Assembly (NCBI RefSeq): GCF_001194135.2
Contig: NC_068982.1
Span: 48,766,165 to 48,830,164 of the forward strand
DNA: 64,000 nucleotides
Source: Octopus bimaculoides
Lineage: Eukaryota
Direction: 5' to 3'
Both the position numbers and the translations under genes were made by a program. Below the pieces are notes generated by a model. The model was not told the DNA's origin. It was given only the letters and a program-made list of their open reading frames with translations, and searched no databases. Positions 1-13,633 of this stretch are shown piece after piece; positions within the stretch are counted from its first letter, which is position 1; every line of letters begins with the position of its first letter.

Positions 1-76
<76 letters not shown>
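1..76. repeat. Compound (TA)n(GA)n microsatellite
   Basis: Directly visible: TA repeats at 1-36, then GA repeats to 76. Confidence 0.98.
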
Positions 77-78
<2 letters not shown>

Positions 79-365
79 ATATCCACATACTCAACATTGA
101 TCACCACCAGCCATTTTAATCTGTATTGATCACCACCACTCTCCCCATCAGACTGCTACAAACAATGCAATCCATCTCTAACAATGCAAGTAAATGCTTA
201 TTTAGCTTAAGTAAGGAATTGCAAGTGAGACTAATCATAGGTTAATTGTTACAGAGTCAGACTCTTTGTTAATTCACAGTGAGACAAATTGTGAATAATC
301 AACACTATTGAAATGAACTCCATTTACAAATTGGGTTTAATCTATCTTTATTTGACAAGTTTTAG

Positions 366-416
366 ATGTGTTACAATACTTGAGCTTTTAACCTTCCATC
401 TTGAAGCTATCGCGTG
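366..416 (+). CDS. Candidate 51 nt exon (CVTILELLTFHLEAIA), unverified
   Basis: Acceptor TTTTAG and donor GTG|GTATGT; one open frame; retains CGCG in a CpG-poor region. No homology recognised, and the strand conflicts with the minus-strand model. Confidence 0.15.
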
Positions 417-850
417 GTATGTTAATACAGTGTATGATTGTAATTACAAGGGTGGCCTCAAGAGTGAAATTACCATCCTATATTCAAAGAATTATTTCTG
501 ATGCATCATAATTAGAAAGAATACTTTGAATGTAAGATAGTCATTTCAAACATTATAAATACTTATATATTATGTTTTAAACTAGTACACGTGTAAATCA
601 ATAACAGTCAAGGAAATGCTTTTGTCTGAATTAATTCTACCATGATATAATAGAGTTTTGTTAATACTTTGTTATTAGGATGGTGTAAAATGTGTATATA
701 AAATTAGTCAATGCATTATATAAAATCAATCTAATTAGGTTTCAGTAAGTAAGCTGTGTCCTTGTGGGAAGTTAATGAGAGAGCTTTCACTAATGAAATC
801 CCAAAACAGGATGGAAACTAGTCCAGTTGATTCTTCTTTTCTTTCCACAG

Positions 851-931
851 ACATACTGTTTGTAATTAGGTTCTTACAATTGACCATATGTACTATGTTG
901 GCAAATATTTGTAGATATATTCTATTGCAGA
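851..931 (+). CDS. Candidate 81 nt exon (ILFVIRFLQLTICTMLANICRYILLQ), unverified
   Basis: Strong acceptor TTCTTCTTTTCTTTCCACAG and donor CAGA|GTAAGG; one open frame (phase 1-1), not in phase with 366-416. Confidence 0.15.
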
Positions 932-1946
932 GTAAGGAACTGACAATATACCAGTAACTCATACACACACACACAAACACATACATCTATCTATGAAAAC
1001 ACATACACACAAATATACTTCATAATATCTTTTCCTTATGAATAAAAATAGAAATATTTAAGTATGACACCATTTGACTACAGCTGTCATTCAAATAAAG
1101 TATGCATGATAGACAGAAGCAGTTGATTTACTAAGAATCACCCAATCAGCTATTTGCAGAAAATTTGTATCGTTTCAGTCAGACAGTTACCATCCTATGA
1201 TATTTTATGCTGCAAATATTATGATTCATTCAATGCCACTATAAGCAAATAATTTGGAATGATTAAATCTAATTGATTCTTAAGCAGGAACTGAATTATG
1301 TATCATTCAATATAAGTAATATACAGATTTTGTCTTTTCAGGTGCCAGTGCCACTAAAAGAAAAGATTATTTTAGTTGACTAAAAGAAAAGATTATAATG
1401 TAAAATTTTTGTAATGCAAATATGTAAATGAAAGTAAAGCTTATTTGGAAGCTGAAAGATTACTGAATCTTTTGATACCTCATACGTCAAAATTGGCAAC
1501 TCAGTTTCCGAATGCATAAGGAAGAAACACACACACACAAATTCTCTTTTATATATTTGGAAGTGTGCCTGTCTGTCGTTCTCTATGTCTGTTTCTCACA
1601 TTCCCTGTGTGTCTATCTCTTCCTGTCTCCTCCCCTTCCTTGATATCAGCCACCCTCATTATGCCACATTTACCTGAACCTAACACTTTTTCACACCTCT
1701 CATTTTATCATGTAATAGCCCAACACCCATACTTGGTCCATTATCGATTTTTATTGAAATCCAATTAGCCTATAATTGAACTGGATGTTAGTTCAACATG
1801 TACACAAAGTTTAATGAAGGTTGATTCCCTGGTTTGGGCAGCAAGATGGTAACATCATCATCGTCGTTCATCATCATCGTTGTTTAACAGACAGATAGAA
1901 ATTGCCATTTACATATAAGATATATGTGCCTCCTAACAGAGAGGGA

Positions 1947-2040
<94 letters not shown>
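1947..2040. repeat. (CA)n microsatellite
   Basis: Long pure CA tract; source of the HTHT/VCVC ORFs. Confidence 0.98.
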
Positions 2041-2043
<3 letters not shown>

Positions 2044-2057
2044 AACATACACCCACC

Positions 2058-2224
2058 CACAATGGGCTTCTTTCAGCTTCCATCAATAAAAACCACTCAC
2101 AGGTTTTGGTTGAACTGAGGCTGTAGTAGAAGACACTTGTCCAATGTGACATCCAATAGAACCAAACCCAGAACCATGTGGTTTGGAAGAAAACTGCTTA
2201 TCACACAGGCACACCTGCACCTAT
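2058..2224 (-). mobile_element. SINE family A, 5' tRNA-derived head
   Basis: Reverse complement matches the head of the full copy at 24838-25245 (box A and box B-like motifs). Confidence 0.85.
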
Positions 2225-2964
2225 ATATGTGTCAATGTGTATGTGGGCATGCTTAAGAAAGCAATATTTTCCAATATTTAAAAATTTTTTATTATTACTC
2301 CACAATTATATGATAAAATGTCATCAGGATTCTGACACTTAGAGGCAAAAGAATCAATCATAATTCACTTCTTTATCAACGGAGTCTATTAGTTTCAGAT
2401 TAAGAAAAAGTGCACAAGAGAAAGAGAAGTGGTAGGAGAGAGATTACAATTGCCTTTTAGTACAAAAAAAAAGTGTTATGATAATTAGCTCTATCTTTAC
2501 TTTTTATTACGTGTGTGCATAATGTTGTCGCTGCTGCATACTTCTTTAATACTCTCTTTACTTTTTTTTTTTTTGTTTTGTTTTGATATTCTCATCAGCA
2601 GAAAAGTGAAATTAAGTGAGATTAATACAGTTAAATGAGCTTAAAGACTTGGAGACTTAATGTAGCAGCAGACAACTAACTGCACAGTGAATTGATCACA
2701 TGAAGTACTACAATACTACATGTGATGTTTGGTATGAATGAGATTCAGGTAGAAACACAAATAGCTAATATGAAATAGGTAAACAGGTGCAATTGCTGAC
2801 TGTGTGCGCAGTGGTTATGGAGAACTAATTTGGAAGAGAGTTTTATTTAGCTATTTATTTATAATAGTAAATCAAAAAAATTAAGTAAAAACCGTGTTTC
2901 ATGAATAACTAGACAATATTTTGTTATATTGGGTGATGTATGTGTGTGTGTGAGTACATATATA

Positions 2965-3012
<48 letters not shown>

Positions 3013-3159
3013 GGTATTTTGACGCAAGCAGGAGAAGTGCCAATGCACAAAACTCTTGGAACTTGAGTCACTTTGTTACTTCTGCTAAATATTAAAATAT
3101 GGTGCCCCAACATGGCCACAGTCTAATGACTGAAACAAGTAAAAAATATAGAAGATATA

Positions 3160-3381
3160 TACGAGGTTGATGCTGAAAAGTTGTTGGCTTTGGGTAAAAG
3201 AAAATACAGGAGGATCAATTAATTATGATTTTATTCAACATATTCTCCTCTCAGATTCACATACTTATTGCAGTGGTCCTTCAGTTTTTCTAGGCCCTGA
3301 AAAAGAACTCGAAAGGTTGGGCCTCCAGCCAGACATTTTATAATACCCTTAGAGCCAGAAACTTTTCCTCACCCCCTTGTA
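3160..3381 (-). mobile_element. Mariner-derived MITE, copy 1 of 4
   Basis: TA-flanked TIRs TACGAGG.TGATGCTGAAAAGTT / AACTTTTCCTCACCCCCTTGTA; internal sequence shared with 20661, 25713 and 62116. Confidence 0.85.
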
Positions 3382-3829
3382 TATGTGCAAATGTGTGTGT
3401 GTATATATGAATTTGTGTGTGTGTGTGATATTTATATCTTTATACAAGCACACACACATCTACACAAACATACATACACACATACATATACACACATATG
3501 TATGCATAATCATTATCACCATTTTAATATTCACTTTTCAGCAGATTTTCAATAGCCAGAAACACTTTCTGTCACCAACTCTCACCTGCTGCCAACACAA
3601 AAGTATTTCTCTACTTATTCCAACATGAAGAGTGCAATGGCTGGTCATGTCTTCATGGAAGTTTGCAAAGGATCAACACCACATGTATGAAGGTGATATT
3701 TGTTTACAATCAGTGCATGATATCAAGACAAGGAAACACAAGTACACACAGTCACATTCATTACATTGCATACATGCATATATACATACTCATATATAAG
3801 CCTAATTTTATTCCTGAAAATCTAACAGC

Positions 3830-6152
3830 AAAAATAATGCCACATTGGAAATGTGCTAGATCAAACATGATCTCAACAACAACCTTTTGCTACTACTATG
3901 TAGCCTAGCAAGCAACTGGCCACTCTATGCTGACATGTATCCAACCTGACTACCAACATGATGTCACCAAACCTAACAACAACAATGACAAAAATATTCC
4001 ATAAGTCGGCTAGGATATTCTCAATAAAATCTTTCAAGAAGAGATTATTTCATTCTTTTAAAACTACGCCTTGAGAAAAGACCGCATCTAACTAGCATAA
4101 ATAAAAAAAAAAACCCAAATGAACTGACTTTAATGGTGCATAATAAAGTCAAGAGAAATTTTTTACAATGTAAAGATCCCTCATTTTGGCAAATTAACAC
4201 TTGTTTATATGCTCTCTCAATGACATCAAAACACCATCTTGGACATAAAGAATAACAGAAATGGAAAAAAGAATAAAAAAAGGTTGTCGTTGTGAGTTTT
4301 GTAAACAGAAAATGATTGACAATCTGCAAAAAACTATGAGTCATGTTACATTAGTTATCACATGCAAACAAAGCAATAATTACAGTCCTCACCAACAAAG
4401 AGTGTAAAATAGAATACTAAAAAACGTTTGGCGGTAGTCAAAAGTACATTGGTTTACAGACTAATCACCTTCAAACAGGAACTAAAAGCCATCAGCTAAA
4501 AACTCCAGTGTTACAAGAAAGTATCTGAAAGTAAAAAAAGATTAACAAGAAATTTAATGGAAATCAATCACCAGTCTACAGAAACAATCAATAAAAATCA
4601 CAGCGGTTCCTTCCCAGGAAGATACAGAATCATTGTAGAGAAAAATCTGGAGTGAGGTAATGGAATTTAATCAGTGAGTGGCTACAAGAAATGTGGAATA
4701 AATTTTGTCTCTGTATTCAACCATAGATATACAGCATCAATGGTAAAATACTTGAGACTAATCCAAAAATTTCAGGACAGGAAACCATCAGGAAGGGACT
4801 GAATTCTCAGCTACTGGTACAATTGACCTTTACCAGTAAGCTCTTAATGGAGACATAAACAAACCAGACAGGTTAATGCTAGCAGAAACAAAACTGACTC
4901 CCCCAAACAATACCACTTACATAGTGGAAAACTATTGGTCTATAGCAGACCAGAAACTCCTGTATAAAATGTATACAGCCTATCTGAACCTGTTCTTCCA
5001 AGAATGCTGTGATAATAATAACATGATCACAGCTGAAGAAGAAACTGAAAAAGAGTGGTTTTGGACATGTGCTGAGCAATCTTGATCAACAAAACAGTGA
5101 TGTTAAGGGTATGGTAGCTTAGGAGGAACTGGGTCAAAATCTGGCAGGATTATGAGATAGCATTTGATTATTTCCCACTTCTCAGAAAGTATTCTCTGAC
5201 TGATGACCGAGAATAAACACTTGGAGAAGTTGCACAACTCTACCACAACAGGGCATCAGAACAGAGGTTACATATACAGAAGAAAACTCTTATGCTTGGC
5301 TATATTCGCAAAAGTGACAGCAAAATCAATGACTAGAGTTATCTATCTAAGACTAACAGCTAGAAAAATAGCTCTCACTTTGAAGGATATGCTTTTGCAA
5401 TACAGGAGTAGGAAATAGCCAAAAAACACCTGATGGGAAAAGGAGATAGGAATGCAAATAAACCACATTGACTTAACAAATGATGTAGATTTTTGTGACA
5501 TTGAGGATGTCACAAACTTCATAAACAGCCGCCTGAAAATTACCAACTTCTGATGCATGGTGTCATGGCTAGAACTCTATATAATGAAATCTGTGAAAAG
5601 GATAATCCTGAAAAGACAACTACAAGAAACTACAATGATGTGGAGAGAATAACCACACATGATATGAAAGAACACTGGTGGAATGTCTCAGTCAAAACTT
5701 CAATAAAATGCAAGCACAACATAAAAATGAAACTATAGGACAGAAAAATGAAACTATAAACAGAAGTTGAAATCAGTTGCCAGTAAATGTCAACATAATG
5801 TTGATCAGTGAAAAAGAAAATATCTTTTCTAAACTGATAAGAAATCTGCAGGTACTCCATCTAGACAGAGCACTTTATATTTCTACTAATAATTAGTGGA
5901 GTACTGCACTTGAGTACATCACTAACTGGCTGAGTACCAATTTTGGCTACATAACTAACCACCTCAGTACCAATTTTGGATACATGACCAACTGGCTGAG
6001 TACCAATTTTGGACACATAACTAACTGCCTCATGCCGATCTTGAGGAGCTGGGGATTCACAAAACTAGAAAGAACACACCAGAGAAGATTACAGTGACAA
6101 ACTATCGAAGTTACTATCAAAATATGTAATACACATGAAATTCAGCTTGTAA
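3830..6152 (+). mobile_element. Decayed R4/Dong-like non-LTR retrotransposon (RT plus restriction-like endonuclease), internally deleted
   Basis: Manual translation across stops and frameshifts: ENYWSIADQKLLYKMYTAYL and ILINKTV...NWVKIWQDYEIAFD (N-terminal RT motifs, 4930-5190); FEGYAFAIQE.EIA; a decayed CCHC knuckle; HGVMARTLYNEIC (RHD-like); HWWNVSVKTSIKCKHN; C-terminus KICNT.MKFSL* at about 6152. Clade assignment is from remembered motifs. Confidence 0.75.
5912..6035 (+). repeat. 33 bp tandem repeat (about 3.5 units) inside the retrotransposon endonuclease tail
   Basis: Unit starts at 5921, 5954, 5987 and 6020 (period exactly 33); core AGTACCAATTTTGG. Confidence 0.92.
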
Positions 6153-6307
6153 TAAGATTCACATATACAATGCCATCCATACCAGTGCTCCTGTATACAT
6201 GAGCACATATGATTATGCATACACATACATGCATACATACATACATGCATACATACATACATGCATGCATACATACATATATACATACATACATACATGT
6301 ATATATC

Positions 6308-6750
6308 TTCTATTTTACTAGTTTCAGTCATCGAACAGCTACCATACTGGGGCTCCACCTGGAAGGGTTTTAGTCAAACAATTCAACCCCAGTACTTATA
6401 TTATTTTAAGCTTGGTATTTATTCTATCAGTTTCTTTTGCCAAACTGCTAGGGGGGACATTAACAAACCAACACCAGCTGTCGTGTGGTGATAATGGTTG
6501 TAGTGGGGACAAACACAAAGGCACACACACACGTATATATATAAATACACACATACATATTGAGTGATAGATAGATACATAGATAGATAAATAGATAAAT
6601 AGAGAGAGAGAGACAGACAGACATGGACTTCTTTCAGTTTCCATCCACCAAATCCACTCACAAGGCTTTGGTTGGCCCTAGGCAAAAGTAGAAGCCATTT
6701 TCCCACTGAATCTGGAATGGTGAGGTTGGGAAGCAAGTTTCTTACCACTC
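6308..6750 (-). mobile_element. SINE family A, near full length, decayed
   Basis: Head, central microsatellite and 3' part (TTTTACTAGTTTCAGTCAT) all align by eye with 24838-25245. Confidence 0.85.
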
Positions 6751-6767
6751 AATGATACACATACATA

Positions 6768-7610
6768 TACGAGGTCTGATCAATAAGAATCCAGATTGTT
6801 GCCATAGAAGCTAAATCATGCAGAGTGAAGCTGCTTGGCAAAAATTGACCTTGACCTCTGCTGTGCATGCGCACTAAGACTTAACGTTTTAGCTCACTTC
6901 AGAAGTTTACGGCAGTCTTGGTAGGAAGGTGTGTAGTGTATGATCATTGCATTGACCATGACAGAGAAAGTTGTCATAGCGATACCTGCTCAGAGGCCTA
7001 TGCAAAGTTGCAGAAAGTGTATGGAGAGAAGAGTATGAGCTGTACACAAGTGTACAAGTGTTTCAGACGTTTCCAAGTTGGCTGAGAAACGTACTAAGTA
7101 ATGAGACTTAGTGTGCTGAGTGAGCTACAGGCATCATACACAGTGAGTCCTTGCCACAGGGTCAGATGATCAATCAGCAAGTCTACAAAGAGATCCTATG
7201 GCATTTGCTTTGCTCAGTACATGAGAAGAGATGAAAGTCATGGCAGGACAAAGTGTGGCTGCTTTGCCATGACAATGGACCTGCTCACAATGCCCTGAGC
7301 ATCCAGCAGTTTCTGGCCAAGAAGAACATCGCTATACTGGATCACCTGATCTTGCTCTGTGTGATCTTTTCTTTTCTGCAAGCTCAAGGGGATCATCAAG
7401 GGGACCTGTTTCAAAGATATGGAGGCCATTAAGAAGGCTGTAATGATGGAGCTGAGGAGCATCCCAGATGAATCCTTCCAGCAGTGCATAGAGGCATGAC
7501 ATAGAAGGTTGGGAAAATGCATTAGACTCGAGGGGGATTACTTTGAAGGGGAAACCATGTTGTTTGTAGTTTGAAATTGAAATAAATTGTCTGCGACATC
7601 AGTCCCATCA
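6768..7610 (+). mobile_element. Mariner (DD34D-type) transposon relic with internal deletions
   Basis: Left TIR TACGAGGTCTGATCAATAAG. Translated pieces: AYAKLQKVYGEKSMSCTQVYKCFRRF (HTH region), HDNGPAHNALSIQQFLAKKNI, PDLALCD, and KLKGIIKGTCFKDMEAIKK...RRLGKCIRLEGDYFEG. Contains stops and frameshifts. Confidence 0.9.
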
Positions 7611-7639
7611 CTTCAGAGAGATCTTGAATATATATGCTC

Positions 7640-7855
7640 ATGTTGATGCCATGTGAAAAGCACCCAAAACCCTCTGTAAAAAGGCTGATATTAGGAAGGG
7701 CATCCAACAGTAAAAACCAAACTAAATGAGTCTGGAGTCTGGTACAAATCGCCAACTTGTCAGTTCTGGTCAAACCATCCAACCCATGCCAACACAGAAA
7801 ACGGATGTAAAATGATGGTAACAATGACAATGCCAATGCTGATGATGATGATGTA
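7640..7855 (+). mobile_element. Interspersed repeat ending in (GAT)n, LINE 3' end or SINE tail-like; related pieces near 3560-3720, 18425-18615, 22560-22610 and 27195-27400
   Basis: Recurring AGGAAGGGCATCCA...AACCCATGCCA.CA...GAAAACGGATGTAAAATGATG motif. Confidence 0.65.
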
Positions 7856-8174
7856 TAAGTGTGTGCATGCAACAGCCAATAACTATATCTGTATATGTAC
7901 ATCTGGGCATCAGCAGACTTGATCCCAAATGCAATTAGCCAATCACAAATAGATTTCACCAATGCATTTGTTATGCTACCAGAATGTATTGACATGCAAT
8001 TTTAAACAGATGTCTGATCAACCACTGTATTCATATAACTCCCTGCAGTGGGTGTACTCTATTCCTAATTAAATTAATGGACGATTCTAATAATTTAAAT
8101 ATTTGCAAGCAACACTGACATCAGCGTGAGAGAGATATTCTCAAGGGACATGTCTAAAGAATATATACATATAC

Positions 8175-8239
<65 letters not shown>

Positions 8240-8769
8240 TATAGTTTCAGCTTCTGCTGTTCATGCCACCTTCCCTTTTTATCAATATAAAGCTGTTAAG
8301 AGAAAATATAAAGGAATTAATAAAGGTTTATAGTTTATATCTATCATGTAATGCAAATATTCTATTCTCTATTTAGTTTACAACTTGGTCCAGCCATGTT
8401 TAAGGATATTCTAGAAGTGACAATCCTGTCTCCCTGGGAGCAGTTGTAGCTATATAACCTTATGTGCCCTTCTGTTATTTAAGATTAAGATGTGATCTCA
8501 GAGGAATTCAGCTGCTATTTTGAGCAACAAAGAGATTGACTATCTTCATAACACATATATGTATGTTTGTGTGTGTGTGTGTGTGTGTGTGTGCAAGTTT
8601 GTATGTATGCATGCTTGTGTTTTTGTGTGTGTGTGCTTGTGTGCGCGTATGTGTGTTTCCCGTACTGGACTATCAACAGTGTATGTGAATTTGTGTTTGT
8701 TGGGTTTGTATGTTTTTATCTGGGTATATGTATACACCATCACCATTATCATCTTTTAATGGCTGTCTA

Positions 8770-8935
8770 AAGGAGGCACATTGATTAGTGGCTAGTGTGT
8801 TGGATTCATGACCATAAGATTGTGGTTTCAATCCCTGGACTGGGCGATCTACTGTGTTCTTGAGCTAAACACTTTCTTTCACATTGTTTCACTCCACTCA
8901 GCTGTTAGAAATGAGTTTAGCCTGGAGAGGGATGG
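8770..8935 (+). mobile_element. SINE family E (tRNA head plus GTGTTCTTGAGC..ACACTT core), decayed
   Basis: Head and core shared with the minus-strand copies at 36585-36822 and 49135-49472. Confidence 0.75.
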
Positions 8936-9189
8936 GCTCTGCCAGGCTTTCTAGCCCAAGATACACTGCATGACTGCAGTGCCCCCAACAGATCCCAAGG
9001 GGTTAAGGAATTTGTCACTGTCATTGTTTATATGCTTAGCTGTTTATTTGCTTTTCAATTGTGTTAGTATGAATATGGTCTTTGTATGCACCGGGTTTTC
9101 TATCATATTTGTTCAGTAAAAATGTGGATGCAGTGAAAAAATAACTTTCCAGCAGACTGGCTTTGCTGGACTTCACTGGAAGGAATTAG

Positions 9190-9830
9190 ACTGCTTCAAG
9201 ATGGGGGAGGAAGGGAAGAGAGAGAACAAATTAGGAGCGGGACAGGGAGGAAAGAGAAGTAGGAGAGACAGAGAGAAAAAGCAAGAAGGAAAGGGAGAAA
9301 GAAAGACAGACAGAGAGAAAGAAAGAAGAGAAAGAAGAGAGAGGAAGAAAGAAAGAAACAAAGGTAATTAGAAAGAAATGAACAAAATAACAAACTGATG
9401 AAAGAAAGAAAGAAACAAACAAACAAACAAACAACCGAACGAACAAACGAAGAAAATAGAAACAAACGAACAAAATAGAAAGAAACAAACAAAATAACAA
9501 ACCAACAAAAGAAAGAAAAACAAAGAAAGGAAGAAATAAACAAAAAATGAAAGAAAGAAGTAAACAAAGAAACAAACAAACAAGGAAAGAAAGAAACGAA
9601 AAAAGAAAGAAAATGAAGAAGTGTAAAACAGAGACAGAGAAATGAAAAAAAGAAAGAAAAGAAGAAACAAAAAAAAACAGAAATAAAGAAGGAAAGACAG
9701 AAATAAAGACGAAGGAAAAACAAAGGGAGACAGAAACAAAGATGAAGAAAAACAAAGGGAGACAGAACTGAAGGAAACGAAGAAAGAGGAAATGCAACAG
9801 CCATAGAAACCAGTGGAATACACCAACAGC
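9190..9830. repeat. Purine-rich low-complexity tract (GAAA/ACAA/GAGA)
   Basis: Visible directly; yields three spurious F/L/S-rich ORFs. Confidence 0.95.
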
Positions 9831-10099
9831 CATAAGCATGACTAATTCAGGAATCTATTTCTTGCCAGTCAACTGGGCATGGTGAGGAGTAACTGTAAAT
9901 CAACATAACAAAAAGTTCAAAGTTATTTTCAATACAAAGTGAAGTATTCTTTTTCTCTTAGAGTTATTCTGTGACATATGACCTATCCTATTCTTCATCC
10001 TATTGTAATGCAGGTCTAACAAGTTTATTTTGTGATGTTCCATTGATGTCATTTCCGAATATTAAAAATAATAATAATAATCATAATAATGATAAATAA

Positions 10100-10432
10100 A
10101 AAAAATTATGCACACATGCATGCATGCCCATACATACATACATACATACATACGTACATACACACAAACATGCAATCACACAACGAAATAATAAATAGCT
10201 AAAAGTATTCTAGGGAATTTTTAAAACGTTCACAAATACAATCAATTGTTTTACATGTACATTCGTGCATACACACACACATGTATCTATATTTATATAC
10301 AAATGCAGACACATATACATATACTCATATACATGCATATACAAACACACCAATATAGCCATATACATACATGTAAACATACATACAAAGATATACACAT
10401 ACATGCATATTCACTTACATATACATACACAA

Positions 10433-10465
<33 letters not shown>

Positions 10466-11061
10466 CACACACATACATGTATGTACATACATACATGTAC
10501 ATATACACACACATATATACATGCATTCATATGCATACTTACATGTACATAGACATGCATGCATACAAAGATATACACATATATACATATTCACTTACGC
10601 GCATATATACATACATACATACATACATGTTTGTTTCATTTTGTTGTACAAAAAATAAAGCAGGAAAAAATTTCTCAATGCATTCCTATCTTAAAAGTGT
10701 GTACAGACGGGTGTATATATTTGTTCATAACTAAGGTAAATATAATTACATATCCAAACCGGGATTTCACACAGTCGGCCTTCCGGTCAAATGTACACTT
10801 CAGTGGATTGAAAAGATAATGCTGGCTAAATGTAACCACAGTATAGATTTGTAATTCTGTTTGCTTTGTGTATGAATAAGCACACATACAAACATACAAG
10901 AGCACACAGACACACATATACACACAGTCATATACATACTCCCATATACATATACCCACAAACTAACACACGCTCATACATATATATACCCATATACATG
11001 CACATACAAATACACACACATACATAAACTCATATACATTCACATACAAATGCATGTGTAT

Positions 11062-11117
<56 letters not shown>

Positions 11118-11152
11118 GTACATATACACCCATATATAAATATACATATATG

Positions 11153-11189
<37 letters not shown>

Positions 11190-11330
11190 GTACATCAGTA
11201 CATATACATATATACACACATACACACATATATATGCACTCATATTATATACACACGCACACATATACACATACTCACACACACATATGCAATCGGCACT
11301 TATTCAACTAAACATCTACATGCATAGATA

Positions 11331-11368
<38 letters not shown>
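10100..11368. repeat. Degenerate (TA)/(CA)/(CATA) microsatellite field, with a unique island at about 10650-10870
   Basis: Visible directly. Confidence 0.9.
10750..10825 (-). CDS. Candidate internal exon, 76 nt (QHYLFNPLKCTFDRKADCVKSRFGY)
   Basis: Minus-strand acceptor GTTACATTTAG and donor TAT|GTAATT; only one open frame; three CpGs retained in a CpG-depleted domain; unique sequence between microsatellites. No homologue recognised. Confidence 0.3.
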
Positions 11369-11378
11369 NNNNNNNNNN
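11369..11378. other. Assembly gap (10 N)
   Basis: N run. Confidence 1.
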
Positions 11379-11991
11379 TACAATTATGGACATACACACA
11401 CAATTACATAAAAATAAATACATTTATCTAAATATTCATACATACAAATGCATAAATACATAACTATGTAAATACTGACTTCCTGACTTCCTTACACACA
11501 AACACACATCATGCTACATCTTGAAAGTAAAGCCAAACAGTATAATGGATAAGACAACGGTACTCTCAAACCCCATGATGCAACTAAAAATGTTGATTAT
11601 GCCACACATCTGTGCAAGACATTTACAAGTGATCAGCAGTTGCCCAAAAATTCCATCAATGTATTTGTGCCCCCATTTCTGACATGATGCTGTGTTGCTA
11701 AAATAATATACAATGCTATTTGTAAAAGACACTGCTCTAAGGTAAATGTAGACATTGTCTCTGTTATTAAGAGTATTGTAATACACTCGTGGATAGGTCA
11801 CACTTTTTTTTTACTAAAGATTTTGATAAAAATCAGGGGTGCAACCTATGCAGTCTATCACAATGATCTGAAGTAGAGGGTGGCGTTTCAGTAGCTGAGT
11901 TGATTTATCAATTAGACTCCTTTCATAAAGTCACTTCTCCAGAAATGTTTTAATATTTGTAAGCAAAGTTTTGAAATAAAGATGAATATTT

Positions 11992-12282
11992 TACTCTTTT
12001 ACTTGTTTCAGTCATTTGACTGTGGCCATGCTGGAGCACCACCTTTAGTTGAGCAAATCGACCCCAGGACTTATTCTTTGTAAGCCTAGTACTTATTCTA
12101 TCGGTCTCTTTTGCCGAACCACTAAGTTACAGGGACGTAAACACACCACCATCGGTTGTCAAGCGATGTTGGGGGGACAAACACAGACACACAAACATAT
12201 ACACACACACACATACATATATACATATATACGATGGGCTTCTTTCAGTTTCTGTCTACCAAATCCATTCACAAGGCTTTGG
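11992..12282 (-). mobile_element. SINE family A, cut by gap (a head fragment resumes at about 12985-13135)
   Basis: Close match to the family A 3' half. Confidence 0.9.
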
Positions 12283-12945
12283 NNNNNNNNNNNNNNNNNN
12301 NNNNNNNNNNNNNNNNNNNNNNNNNNNNNNNNNNNNNNNNNNNNNNNNNNNNNNNNNNNNNNNNNNNNNNNNNNNNNNNNNNNNNNNNNNNNNNNNNNNN
12401 NNNNNNNNNNNNNNNNNNNNNNNNNNNNNNNNNNNNNNNNNNNNNNNNNNNNNNNNNNNNNNNNNNNNNNNNNNNNNNNNNNNNNNNNNNNNNNNNNNNN
12501 NNNNNNNNNNNNNNNNNNNNNNNNNNNNNNNNNNNNNNNNNNNNNNNNNNNNNNNNNNNNNNNNNNNNNNNNNNNNNNNNNNNNNNNNNNNNNNNNNNNN
12601 NNNNNNNNNNNNNNNNNNNNNNNNNNNNNNNNNNNNNNNNNNNNNNNNNNNNNNNNNNNNNNNNNNNNNNNNNNNNNNNNNNNNNNNNNNNNNNNNNNNN
12701 NNNNNNNNNNNNNNNNNNNNNNNNNNNNNNNNNNNNNNNNNNNNNNNNNNNNNNNNNNNNNNNNNNNNNNNNNNNNNNNNNNNNNNNNNNNNNNNNNNNN
12801 NNNNNNNNNNNNNNNNNNNNNNNNNNNNNNNNNNNNNNNNNNNNNNNNNNNNNNNNNNNNNNNNNNNNNNNNNNNNNNNNNNNNNNNNNNNNNNNNNNNN
12901 NNNNNNNNNNNNNNNNNNNNNNNNNNNNNNNNNNNNNNNNNNNNN
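12283..12945. other. Assembly gap
   Basis: N run. Confidence 1.
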
Positions 12946-12976
<31 letters not shown>

Positions 12977-13633
12977 CTACACAACAGGCATCTTTCAGTT
13001 TCATTCTACCAAACTCACTCGCAAAGCTTTTGTTAGCCGGAGGCTATTGTAGAAGACACTTGCCCAAGGTGCCCCGCAGTGGGACTGAACTTAGAACTAT
13101 ATGTTTGGGAAGTGAATGTCTTGCCACACAACCATGGAATATTTTCATTAAAACTATTTCCAAGAGCAAACATTGCACCCTGATATAGCTGTTTGTATGC
13201 ATTTTCATGTGGCTATCTACATACATATACAAATATATGTATATACAAACATGTATGCGTGCATTTAATAACATACATAAACACATTGATAAATCTATCT
13301 AAATATACACATTTAAGGATTACTAATACATCCTTTTGTTGTTTACAACACCTGTCCTCGTCTGTCGTTGTTTTTTCGTACGTTCTCCCATATGTATGTA
13401 TGTATGTATATGCTTGTGTGCACAGTGAAATGAAGCTCGAAACTGCAGTCTACTCTTATATACAATAAATTTTACAATACAACCAGTATTAAATCCTTTA
13501 TTCACTAGAAAGTTGTAATTATTTCTCGTTTAATAATATTAATTTTAATTCATATATCATTTCTAACATAAACATGAGGACCAGAAATTTTGTGAAGTGT
13601 CAATCCATTACATTAATCTTAAAGACTGATACT

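Noticed and set aside
5912-6035. 33 bp periodic repeat as a CRISPR array
   Set aside because: Units are contiguous without unique spacers, in eukaryotic DNA, inside a retrotransposon ORF.
9173-9839. 152-202 aa F/L/S-rich minus-strand ORFs resembling membrane proteins
   Set aside because: Reverse complement of a GAAA/ACAA low-complexity tract that lacks stops in several frames.
11514-11801. 95 aa hydrophobic minus-strand ORF
   Set aside because: No convincing donor; hydrophobic bias is expected from AT-rich DNA; no recognised domain.
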